This document shows positions 37,621 through 50,200 of a DNA stretch of 64,000 bases, piece after piece; position 1 is the stretch's first letter, and the number at the start of each line of letters is the position of its first letter. The notes beneath the pieces are model-generated. The model was not told the origin of the DNA. It saw only the letters and a list, made by a program, of their open reading frames with translations, and searched no databases. The translations under genes and the position numbers were made by a program. Location: contig NC_068998.1 of NCBI RefSeq assembly GCF_001194135.2, positions 12,850,831-12,914,830 on the forward strand, in the 5' to 3' direction. Source of the DNA: Octopus bimaculoides (lineage: Eukaryota).

Positions 37621-39973
37621 TATGTATGCATATTTACAAGTTAAAGAAAAGATGGAGTGTTTTTTTTGTTTTTTTTATTATTATTTTTATTTAATTAGTC
37701 ATATTTTCAATTATTTTTAATCTGGGAGAAGGAACATGTTATTAAACATTTTTAATAGCATATTACAATCAATAAAATTTTCTCAAAGAAAAAAAAACAA
37801 ACAAACATTAGTTTATGCATTCATATGTCATCTGTACTATTGAATTAATCTTTTATTTCATATTAATGGTTTCTTTGAAAACTATTATGTATAATTTCTT
37901 AAAACCCAGAGACCAAGGCAGTTAGAGATTACTAGTTTGCATCTGCAAAATTTAATAAAGAATTAGGTTAATCAGTTTATAACATTTCTATGCCAAAGGA
38001 AGATGCAAATTCTAACAGTTCAAAGTCCAAAAGTTGGACCCTGTTAAGTTGTAAAACAAAAATTCATATCTCCTCATTAGCTTACAAACTTATTCAAATT
38101 TACAAACTATAATAGAGTTGACAGGATTACATACCTTTAAAAATTGGATAGTTCTCAGGATGTCTTCATTGTTTGGTAGGATACAAATATTTGTTTGGTT
38201 GGCTCTTTCAAATAAGTGGATTATATGTAAAGTTATTGTCTCATGTTAGGGCCAGAAATCATTAGGTAAAATATTTTGTTTTTGTATTTGGTTTGCAAGA
38301 TTCTTGATGTGAACTTGTGTGTTGAAACAAATTTTGTTGCACCTTGGGGTAATCATTGTTAACAATAACAAACACAAGCACTAGTTCAATTTCACTTCTT
38401 CATTATTAGTCAGTTTGTATAGTTATTTAACCAACTAACTAATTGATTGCTTGATTAATCTCTTGGTTAATCAGTTGGTTATTTGTCAAAGTCCTTTGGT
38501 TGACATTCATGACCTCATCAATGATATGCCTGCTCTCTACTCCAGAACTGCTTCAAATCTGAAGATTTGAAGCAGACCTGGAGTAGAGAGTAATTACGCA
38601 ATTGATTAGTTAAACTAATCAATTCACTTGTAATAAAGAAGTGAAATTGAACCAGTGCATGTGTTTATTATTATAATGACCCTCCCAAGATACAACAAAG
38701 TATAAATAAAAAGATTGTTTTACACTCATTTTGTATTTGTATCATATACTGTCTGGCATTCAAGCAGAGATTCCTTGCAGTATGAGTTTTGTTGATACTG
38801 TGTTTGTATTTAAAGAATATACATGTTATTAGTTTTAACACAGAAAACATAGATGATTCTGTGTTGAAAAATTGGAATTATAATATTCTTAAAACAGATG
38901 CTTTGTCTGGATGAAGAACCAGTAATGTATTGTGATGTACTAAAAGGTAAACTAGTTTGATACCACACATCCTAAATCACCAAATATAAAACTTCGAAAC
39001 ATGTAATGCTATTAATAAATAATTACATGATCTTGATTACTAGATGTGTGATTATTTTTTTCCTCCTACTAAATAGTAAAAAAAACAAAATCCTTAATAA
39101 TGAAGAATTTAATTTGTTTTGGATAACATTTCTTTTATTTGTTTTTCCAAAATCTGTAGCTATACGCACACTAACTTTCTGCATTAGTTTTAATGAAATT
39201 TAATAACAACGGTAATAATAATAATAACAATATCAATAATACTGAGACTAATTTTAAAAAAACCATTCAGATCCAGCTTCCTCGTTTAACATTGTCACTG
39301 CACAGAATTGTTAGTGTTGTCAAAAATATTCTCCACAAATGTCTACTTCTATCTATATATTCACTCTAACAAAATAGTGTGGCTAATTATCATCTCTAAT
39401 TTTCTTTTTGTTGCTACTAAAAGCAATATTATTATTGCTATCTAGGAAACATGGAAGTATTTATGCTTTTCACTAAGCTTTATGTCTTCCATTTGTGTGT
39501 TCTTTTTGGTAAGGTTATTTACCAAAAGATTCCTCCAGAAGGCTGTGTCTCTGTAGCTTCTACACTTCATTTATCTAGTGACAAAAGCATTTGTGACTGC
39601 TTTAAAAAAAAAAAAAAANNNNNNNNNNTTTTTTTTTTTTTTTAGCACTCCACACCTCATTCCTTTGCTTCCAGCAAACAACTCCTTCATCACCTGCTCT
39701 TTCTTTTGTTACACTTCCTCTAAACTAATGTTTGAAACCCTATCTTCAGAAATATCCTGAGACAATAATGAAAAAAAAAAAATTGTGCATGAAAGTATTT
39801 CTTCAAACTGTCTTCTTTAATTAATGAAAGAAAAAAGAATATATTGCTGAATAAAATTTTTTTTAAATGCATAGCTTTGTTGTTGTTATTTTTAATTTAA
39901 ATGTATAATTTAATTAATTCAGTAACCACTAAACTGCTAAATTAGGAACAAATTCCTAAACATTAAATATCTA

Positions 39974-40138
39974 TAGGGCCATCTTAGCAACATCATAGGC
40001 CTTAGGTAATCAGTGCACTGGACCCTACAGTATTTATTTATTGGCAGTAAGCTACAGCATACAGATCAGAATTGGGCCCCTAGACTCTTGAGGGCCGTGG
40101 GCAACTGCTCAATGTGCCCATTCTTTAAGACAGCACTG
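39974..40138. mobile_element. Degenerate hAT-type MITE, 165 bp
   Basis: Degenerate TIRs tagggccatcttag / ttaagacagcactg; 8-bp TSD aatatcta / aatgtcta (7/8). Confidence 0.65.
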
Positions 40139-40259
40139 AATGTCTAGTAAAATTATTTGTGATTGCAATCTATTAACTTCATTCAGCTTTGGTGTTCTGT
40201 TTTCTTTCTTTTTATTTTTACATGCTTTTTGTTTTTAGTGTGTTTTCTAACCATCTTCT

Positions 40260-40768
40260 AGATATAACAGCAAAATCTTCCCCAAATTACACACAAAGAT
40301 TTCTATTTTTACAAGGATGAAAACTAACCAACGCCGGTTGTCAATCGGTGGCGGGGACAAATACATGTGCGCACGCACGAGCATGATATCTGTATATATA
40401 CCAGTGTATGTACGACCGGTTGTTTGATGCCCGGAAAAAGTAATATAATGTTTTGTTGAAATATAGACATACCTTCAAGAAACAATCATATCAAAGAACT
40501 AAAACATTATTATTGAAGTATAAAAATTTTACAACTACATACAATGTTTTATAAAACAAACCACTGACAGAAGACTTCTACAATCAATGCCTGTAGCTTA
40601 TTTGGGGAGGAGGCAATGTAGCGATCCGCTTCAGACGGCACTTTTATGAGTATAGTACTTACGGATCTACTGTATAAGCCTGTAAAGAGGATTGCGGTGG
40701 AAGTGATGGCACTGAAGGGTCACTCCGGATAGCACGCAGTATAACAACGCTTTTCGTGAATTTAACAG
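40260..40768 (+). repeat. Diverged duplicated segment A (partner 56514-56992)
   Basis: Colinear shared blocks ttctattttt..caa.gatgaaaactaacc, tgtttgatgccc, gaaatata.acatac, gatccgc.tcagacgg, ctccg.atagcac, gtgaatttaaca. Confidence 0.8.
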
Positions 40769-42224
40769 GGGNNNNNNNNNNNNNNNNNNNNNNNNNNNNN
40801 NNNNNNNNNNNNNNNNNNNNNNNNNNNNNNNNNNNNNNNNNNNNNNNNNNNNNNNNNNNNNNNNNNNNNNNNNNNNNNNNNNNNNNNNNNNNNNNNNNNN
40901 NNNNNNNNNNNNNNNNNNNNNNNNNNNNNNNNNNNNNNNNNNNNNNNNNNNNNNNNNNNNNNNNNNNNNNNNNNNNNNNNNNNNNNNNNNNNNNNNNNNN
41001 NNNNNNNNNNNNNNNNNNNNNNNNNNNNNNNNNNNNNNNNNNNNNNNNNNNNNNNNNNNNNNNNNNNNNNNNNNNNNNNNNNNNNNNNNNNNNNNNNNNN
41101 NNNNNNNNNNNNNNNNNNNNNNNNNNNNNNNNNNNNNNNNNNNNNNNNNNNNNNNNNNNNNNNNNNNNNNNNNNNNNNNNNNNNNNNNNNNNNNNNNNNN
41201 NNNNNNNNNNNNNNNNNNNNNNNNNNNNNNNNNNNNNNNNNNNNNNNNNNNNNNNNNNNNNNNNNNNNNNNNNNNNNNNNNNNNNNNNNNNTATAATTCA
41301 AAATATTGGAGAGTCTGAGGTCATTGCTGGCATTTATCCACAGTGATTTCAAAAAGGTGGAATGTCAAAGATGATTCATTTTAACAGTATACTTTTGTTA
41401 GAGAAATGTGGGGGATAAAAAATTTTAATTACCATTTTTCGGTTGTTGCTTATATCCCACCAACAGACCACGCGTGTGTTACTTCGGCATCATAATTCCA
41501 CAAAATGTGTTTAATGAGAGAAAAATATTGAAAAAACATCAATACATATGAGAGTGAAAATGAGGAGTGTGGTCTTGGGATGTGCTAGAAACAACAACCA
41601 AATCTCACAGCTTTTCCACTGAAAATACTTATCTTTCATATATATATATTTATATATACATACAAAAAAACATGTATGCAATAGGTGTGTACGTACGTAT
41701 GTTGTTGTGTGTGTCACTGAAGTCATTCACACATTCATAATCTCTCTCTCTCTCAATCACATATTCACTCATTACAAAAAGCGATTAAAAGAATCTGTTA
41801 TCTCTTTTTTTCTCCATGACATAACAGACACTTTCTGTCTCGCATACTCATCAATTCCTCCGCTTCTCGCCGACTTCGAAAAGATAACCTCCCTGGTCCA
41901 ATCGCTCTCTCTCTCTCTCTCTCTCGCCGACTTCGAAAGATTGTTTATCTAATACTATTAGATAAAGGCTTGACTTGCTAGAAATAGCAGCCTAAAAACT
42001 ACACATTTATCCGAAATACACATTCGAAATACACGCGTGTCGTCTTTCTTTCCTCACAATTTTCTGAAAATGAAGATACAGCACCANNNNNNNNNNNNNN
42101 NNNNNNNNNNNNNNNNNNNNNNNNNNNNNNNNNNNNNNNNNNNNNNNNNNNNNNNNNNNNNNNNNNNNNNNNNNNNNNNNNNNNNNATATATATGTTATA
42201 TTTATCATATATATGTATATGTTG

Positions 42225-43010
42225 TATTTATCATGCACTATCTTCCTCCATCCATCACGGTCTTGTGCCTCCCTCTCTCAATTACCAGCTGCAATTCCTG
42301 TCCCTATTAGAGCATTTTTAAGGCAATCCTTAAACCTTAGTTTAGGCTTATGTGCTGGTCTCTTGCCATCTTCCAGCTCACCACACAATAGCTGCTTGGG
42401 CAGTCACTTATCACTTTTCCTTACTAAATGCCCCACCCCCCTCAAACGTCTTTGCAAAATCGACTCTATACTTCTACTGCCACTCCTCTCGAGCACCTCC
42501 ACATTACTAAAGGCCATTTTCCAGTTTATCCCCAAAATTTTTCTCAGACATTATTGATGAAATCGTTCCAATTGCCTTACCTGGCTACGGTAAACAACCC
42601 ATGCCTCACTTCCATATAGTAAAAATGGGAGGGCGCATCTGTTATATACCTTAACCTTAATTTGTGAAGATATATTATGTTTCCACAGACGCCTATCAAG
42701 CCTACTAAAAGCACTACTAGCCCTGCTGATTCTGTATGAAATTTCATCAAGACCAGCAGTGCTCAAGGTACTTCCTAAATAAATAAATTGTTTTGGCGCA
42801 ATCTTTTGAGATTGAACAGTTTTCCTGTTGTCCTGTATCTTATATAAACCCCTTCAGGGCAATCTTTAAAAGCTATTTGAAAGACTATTGTGAAATATAT
42901 AGCAAACAGAGTAGGAGCAGTAATATCACCTTGCTTTACACTATTTTCTACAGAAATTGGATCCGATAAGGTACCTCCAACATTAACTCTCACTTCCATC
43001 TTGTAAGTAT
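42225..43010 (-). mobile_element. RTE-clade LINE RT 3' fragment, internally deleted
   Basis: SVKQGDITAPTLFAIYF, EISYRISRASSAFSRL, LLYGSEAW, CLRKILGINWK, DRDGWRK. Confidence 0.9.
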
Positions 43011-43509
43011 ATACATACATACACACATATATATGTATATATATAAGTATTTATAATAAATATATATATTGTTACAATCAGGCAAATTCTTAGGTATTAA
43101 AAGGGGTGAACTTCTGAACATAACAACAGAACTGTAAAATTAGTGAATTAACATTCGAGGATGAAATTATGTAACAAAAATGTATTTTATATAGGTCAAT
43201 TAAAGGATATATTTGATATTTTAGTGATCCATTTCCAAATAAGTTAATATCCAAAGAATTTAATGTCCAGTATTCAATTGTTCAAAGTTATGTTGTAAAA
43301 GGTCCGATCCGTATGCAGCTCTTTCGTAAATTTTACTATTGACACAAACCCATTAAAAAAGTCGTTATATATCTCTCATCACAAACGCTTATCTCCCCTC
43401 AACCAGATTTTGAAGCTTCAATTTCTTTGTTACAGGCATATAGCCTAAGGGAAAGAAGGGGACATATGAGGACAGACAACACAAAATGTGGAGTACATAA
43501 AACGTAATG

Positions 43510-46500
43510 TAATGGCTTACGAGTCCCCCAAAGCTCGCAGTTCCATTTTACTGTTCTTTCTATACATTTTTGTTATCAGTCTAATTTTTTTATCTGTTGC
43601 GTATTCCACGAGTTCATCCATTTCCACAACATTCAGTAAGTTGTCATATTGGAAAACCATCGTAGTTGCTTGAACTCTGCTTCCAAATAATTCTGTCAGC
43701 CTCTCCAGTTTCTCTTTCTCCAGTAAAACCGCTCTTTTGTCTAACGCCTCACCCCCCCTCCTCGTCGGCTAGGAGAAATAAATTTCTCATAACTGTTTAG
43801 AAGAGGCAAGAACACGTCTGGCCCACTCATCTTGGACTCCATGGCAATGCAAACATCTATATCCCGTGATCTGAGGTCGTCTAGGAGACAACTTTGTTTC
43901 CATTTCGACCCCAGCCCACGCACATTTATGCACCCTAACTTAATCGTCATGGTAGAAATAGAAAGTTGGGGCTTGGGGAGGGGCTGCACAAATTCCTTCC
44001 CTTTTGTTGGTGTAGCCACTGGGCTTTTTCTTGGTGTTTCCACGGGACTAATTATGAATTTCTTATCAGCTATTTCTGTGCTGATACCCGGATGTCGTCT
44101 GGGTACCTTCCTTTGAATTCCAAAAACAGAGCCAACACATACAGAAGCAGAGACAAGGGACACTCTTGACAAACTGAGCGCTTGATCAAAAATAGCTCCA
44201 TCAGGTAACCGTTTATCTGGACTGTGGACTTGATGCTGCTGTACATAGTGGAGATGCACCTGCAGAAGACCGGGCCCAGCCCTGCCACCAGGTACTGATG
44301 GTCAACCCTATCAAATGCTTTACTTTGGTCTAAATGGACTTTTGCCAGCTAATTTACCCACCCTGTCTAAGGTGTAGCAGATAAGGTGAAGATTGTCCTG
44401 GATTGACCTGCTGGGTATTGCACATGTCTGTGCTTTCCCGACAAGTTTCTCCACTACAGCCGTCAATCTTTTAGCTAGCACTTTGCCCAAAATCTTTAAC
44501 TCTATATTAAGTAGTGTTATGGGCTGGTAGTTACTTAAACTATACCCCTTGCTCGGGTCTTTCTGGACCAGCGTCATCACTCCCCGGCTCACAGCACTGG
44601 GAATTCTCCCATTCTGTTGCCAATTTGTATAGACGCTGGCCAGTATATCCCTGAACAACTCCGGCATGCTACGGTAAAACTCATAGAGCAGACCATCCAG
44701 CCCCAGCGACTTTTCCCTGGTGCACTCAGCCAATACGTCTTTTTTTTACCTCCGTGGGAGAGATCGGTCCTTCACAGCACCTCTTCTCACTTGCTGAGAG
44801 TCACGGTCCACCGGCTAGGAAGTCCTTTAAGGCCTCCCCGCGCTCAAGCTGACTGCTCCCCCCGAACAACCGTGCTAAATGCTAGTGGAAGACCTTCTGC
44901 ATCTCCTCCTGTCCATAGATCTTGCGCCCCTGCTCATTAGTTAAATACTTAATACAGGACTTCTTGCCCTTCTGACTCTCCACACGACGTGCCCATCTAG
45001 CTACGTTAATACCCTCTCGTTTCCCAGTGCATAACTTAGCTCTGACTTGGCACCCTTCATGTTTGACATTGAGGTGACACTTAAGATGCGGAACCAGATT
45101 CCATTGCTTCATCTAGGNNNNNNNNNNACTTAAGATGCGGAACCAGATTCCATTGCTTCATCTAGGTTCTTAACTAAGTCACCCTCTATTCTAGTCCTAT
45201 CTAAACTTAGCTGCTTGCTAAATCTAATGGGCTCAAGACGGATGGCTCTCTTGAGGGTGTACCACCACCTATTAATGATGGTGCCACATAATGCCGTCTG
45301 CACTGTCTCCTTAACCTGGGTACGAAAGGCTTCACAAGTCAAAATAGACTTGTTCATCTTCCAATACCCGGGACCCTCTGTAACATTTATCTAGATGGAT
45401 CACAAATTTGTAATCTGTGTAAGGCACAACAAAAAAATGTAAACGACTAAAAGTATTCCTATCTCGTTACCTAACGAATATCCCGTTTAAGTACGATCTG
45501 TGTGAGCCGTTGTAGTTATTCCACGTCCACTATGGAATGCTCAACTCATCCAGTCGGTAACGGTCTACTAGATTGAAGTTCTTTAGTAGACCCTTGAGGC
45601 TAGGTTTTCCCTTCCTATCAGTTGAGCTGACACTATTCATGCGTACATTGAGAATAGTGTTAAAGTCCCCTAATAGAACTACAGTTTTTGACGTCACTAG
45701 GTAGTGCTCCAGGTCTCTGAGAAAACCTGACTGCCTATGCTCGTTAGGAGCATAGACAGCCACCAACCTGAAGGACTGCTTACTCAAATGCGTTACATCT
45801 AGAACAACCAGCCTACCTTCTGGGTCCAGAAAGACTACTTACCTGTAAGTTGATAAGGACTGCCACGCCTGCACCTCCCTCTTCCTTGGCTGAGAGAAAT
45901 AAATTTCTCGTAACTGTTGAGGTGAGAACACTTGAGGTCCGCTCATCTTGGACTCGGTTACAATGGCGACATTTATTCTGTGTCCTGAGATTGTTTAGGA
46001 AACAAGCTCAATTCCATTTCGACCCCAGTCCACACACATTTATACAGCCTAACTTAATCATTGATGAAAGAAAAATTAAACTTTCTACCTACGGTTGCAA
46101 CAGGGAGCATGGCAGTTTCTGTTTGACTGCCTCTCCTTCTCTCTCCTTAGTAGACATAGCTGCTGGGCTTTTTACCAGCATTGCCACTGGGCTCTGGGTT
46201 GGTGTCGCTGCCGGAGTAATTGTTATTTTCTTGCTTGCTATGTCTTGGGTGATATCATTCACATCCTTTTTTTCCAGGTGTTCTTGCAGAATTCTGTCCA
46301 TCCACCCGTCATCACACACCTTTGTGTAGCGAACGTCAGACTTGTCTGACGTTCTGCTTAAGAGTTTTATTTGATGATGCCCCTTTACGAAATGAAATAT
46401 TCTTTCGTTTTTCGAGTCAAAAGAAATATATTTGTCTTTTTTATTCCTTTCTGTGTTTTTGGGGTGGGGTTTGGCAAATTTCGTCCCCACAAACACAGTG

Positions 46501-47282
46501 CCAAAGGGGTGGGGTTGGGGAATTTTTTTACTGTCTGTTTGCAGTGTTATTTTTTTTTTGTTTGGAGAGGGAAGTTGATGGAGCAGGGCTTCTTCCTCTT
46601 GTGCATCACTTGCGTGAACTCCATCTTGCTGCTTTCTTTTGTTGTCACTCTTTTGCCTTCTTGCTTCTACGGTCTTTTCCGTCGTTTCCTTTATCTTTTT
46701 TTTGTTTTCTCTGGCATATCTTTTGCTTTGCTTTGGGGAGGGGCTTCACTCTCATTTTTCTTCGACTTCTTGGTGCAGGTGGAACGAACGAGGCCCTTCT
46801 ACCCACATTCGAAGCATCTGGGCCAACGTCCTTCCACCAACACACATATCGTGTGTCCCTCCCCTACAGAAATCCTATTGGGCAACTTCTCCAAAGTTTC
46901 ATTGGAGGCTTGTACCACCATCTGCAGCGTCTGGCCTTTCCAATTTTGGGCGTCCTTTTTTGACATCTACAAGATGTCTACCTCATTCTCCGCATTGAAT
47001 ATAATTGCCTCTGCTACCCACAACAGTTCGTAGCCTACAGGTATTTCCTCCACCACAATTTTGGCCATTCTACGACCCAGATAGGTGGGTAGCAGCATTA
47101 TCTCCTCATTTTTCAGTGGTCTGGTAGCTATTTCTTTTGCTACGTTGGCCGACTGGAACTGTGCTTCCACAGTTGCACTATGTATTCCTCTGCCAATGTA
47201 CCATATTTTGTTCCAGATAGGTGCTAAGCAGCTCTCTACTACCTCGTTCTTCGCTTTTTTTTCCTTTATACTATAAATTTTA
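43510..47282 (-). mobile_element. Tx1/L1-clade LINE fragments (ORF1 C-half, APE endonuclease, RT, then a second ORF1-end/EN start)
   Basis: IKLGCINVRGLGSKWKQ (EN start), VAVYAP..GDFN, GLDGLLYEFY..YQPITLLNIELKILGKVLAKRL (RT), degenerate zinc knuckle near 46.8 kb; internal deletions and stops. Confidence 0.9.
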
Positions 47283-50200
47283 CTAGCAGTATAGCTCGGC
47301 ATTGCCTGGGATTAAGCTAGGATTATTATGTGATAAAGTGCTTTATTTCAAACCAAAATGAGTAACATCAACATCAGATTTGAACGAAATCCGTTGAAAT
47401 TGGTTTGGCTGTAAATGGTTTGCTGGCAATTTGATTGGGAAATCCCATAAGGAATTAGTCTATCGGTTATTTCCACTCATTGACTGTTTTTTTTTTAAGT
47501 TGCATTAGAGATCTGCATAGGAGAAGGTTGATCTGAAGGTTTGCATTGGGGATCTAGATTGGAGTAACCTAGGAAAACTTACCAACAGCCTTAACCAAAA
47601 AATAAGGGGCCTGTCCCTTCTAGATTAACTCTATGAGCAACTTAGCCAATCACTGATATCAGCCGAGTGAGCATTGTTGTTGTTGAAGTCAGTATTGTCC
47701 AATAAAAAAGAGGAAGAGTCCATAAGTCATGTTGCCATGGTTTGAGAATATGTCCGACCAATGCTTCTGAATCACTGTTTATAACCACATCGGCTGCAAT
47801 GACAGCTTGTCTATAAAACTTTGCTATAGACAGCATTGCGTGTTCTGCCCTGAGGAGCATACACAAAAAGAGCGTTTCTACTACCCACACGGGAGCAGGC
47901 CACATAAAGTTGCCCATGTGAAAAGCATGGCTCCTCCAAATGGATGCCTGCCACCGATAGTGTTTGGCCTTGGGATTTGTTGATGGACATGGCAAAGCAT
48001 GGTCTCACTGGGAACTGTGATCTGCAGAAGTTAAATGGCATGTCAGACGCCGAGGGATAAAGGTGCATCCTTGAAATGAAAACATTTTCACCCCTCCCAC
48101 ACTCTGTAACAATGGTGGCCTCAATCAAGTGGGGCATCAGGGACTTTACTAAGCGGGTCCCGTTGCACCGTTTAGGCAGAAGCAAGTTTCTGATTAGCAT
48201 AATTGGGCATCCAACCCTTAGCCTAAGAATGTGAGGTGGAAGCCCTGCTGGCTCCAATGAGTTGAGAAACTCAATAGGATAATTGACAATGTCTTGGGGG
48301 TCACAGGTCCGGTCAATCGATTTGTAGATGCACTCCTCACCTGGAATTCAGCTTATGAGCTAGTCATTGATAGCACTGACAGCTACGTTTTTGGGGGCCA
48401 GTATGGTTCTTTCACTGAGCCAATTGATGTTTGCATAGTTACTTTCCAGATTGGGGAACACTGTTTCCAAAAGATCAGAAGGGTTGTCCACTGTGTTGCA
48501 CAGTTCAGAGATGGATATATTACCTTTCTTAGGAACCTTCCCTTCTCCAAGGGCTAAAATGTCTTCAGCAAATGCTACAGACGTGCTATCACCAAGCAAG
48601 TGCGCATGCATGTTTGTGCTTAGGCTTAATGTCTTAACCTGGGGCCACAACGTGGATAACTTGAAGCATGCGCGCACTTCATCAACCCTGCTCCCTTTAG
48701 GGATGACAGGAAGGGTTTGCCGGAAATCTCCTGAAAGCAATAATTACACCACCCATAGAAGCTGTAGAATCTCTCTTTCAGTGACCAATCCAGTGCCTCA
48801 AGGGCACCCTTATTGGCCATTATGCATGCGTCCCATACAATGAGACGGCACTGTCTAAGAACTTCAGCTTCTGAATTTTTGCTAATGTTACAAGTAGGAA
48901 CACCTCGGCCCTAACCAAATCCAAAGGCAGCTTGAATGCTGAGTGCACCGTCCTACCTCTTGGCAATAACGTAGCAGCGATTCCCGGGGAGGCAATGGCT
49001 AGTGCAATTTGTTTCTCGCGCCGAATCTTAGCAAGTATTAATCATGTTACAAAGGATTTGCCGGTACCTCCAGGAGCATCGAGGGGAAAAAATGCCGCCC
49101 ACCTGTTTTGCAACGACACTGACAACAGTTTTGTACGCCAGCCTCTGATCAGCAAGCAATTTCGGTTCATTTACTCTCAGGTACTCTGCAAGGCTATCAG
49201 CATCATACAACAACTCCAGAAGTAACTTTGGTGCGAGTGTGTTAACATCCTGTCACAATGAGGATGGCAAACCGAATGTGTTCAATGCTTCCCCACCCAT
49301 TTTGAGCAGGGCATCTTCAATTTCAATCAGCGCATTATTGTAGATCAGGTCATTGTATCCAATGTTAGCATTAGGGCACTGTTGCTTTGCTATTCAAAGA
49401 AAGTCCTCGGACATAGGGTCCCTGTACTTCACCTACAAAGAAGCTAGATCGGACAGCCCACATTTTTGGAGCAAAATAGTGAAGACTTTTGGGTGAGTTT
49501 AGCAAAGCCCCTTCAGCCAAAGTAGAATCCCATTGCAAGTCATCCTCCAAAAGCCCACGTTGAAAGCAGGTTGCCCAAAATGTGTCATAACACACATTGT
49601 CAACAGTTCTGATATCCTGAAAGCTTTCTGGACCGACAACTTCATGAAGAAGGAGTTGCAAGTAAAAACACTCCTGCTGGCTTGGGTGCACCGTGTATAC
49701 CCTCCTGAGGCAATCTGAAAACTTAATGCCTGGATGCCCATCTACATCAACCCCCGACTGTCTTAGTGTCCAAATGTTTTTATCCCACACAAAGTAGAAT
49801 GGCAGTTGCGGATAAATAAGACACTTTGCAAATGTGTCAGTTTGACACAACATAAAAAAAACAGTAAGAGTTGTCTCCTTCGGCAGGGCAGTCAACTGGG
49901 AAACATTGTGCTCAGAAAAGTATACACGCTGACCATTCTCCAAATGAACAGTCAGATGCACGATTGCCGGATGCCTTTGGTGGAGGGGGAAACTGAAGAT
50001 ATGCCAAAAAGCCTCATTGCTGCTGATGTACTGTCCCAACAAGTACTCAGAAACTTCATCCCTTCCACTGGCACTTTGAAGGCCAAATACGGCGGCATCG
50101 GAGCCTTTGTTAGTGTACTTACAAATGTACTTTATAACTTTAACGGAACTGCAAAATTCAATGTTTATATGAGCAGTAAAGGACAACCCACCGATTGTCG

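Noticed and set aside
37204-37720. YIYI/VCVC-type ORFs here and at 1.2, 22.3 and 30.5 kb; ORFs spanning N runs
   Set aside because: Microsatellite or gap artefacts.
40630-40639. GCCGTCTGAA (Neisseria DNA uptake sequence) on the - strand
   Set aside because: Single occurrence in animal DNA, and the paralogous segment differs; chance.
45079-45166. 39-bp exact direct repeat around a 10-N gap
   Set aside because: Typical unmerged contig overlap, not biology.
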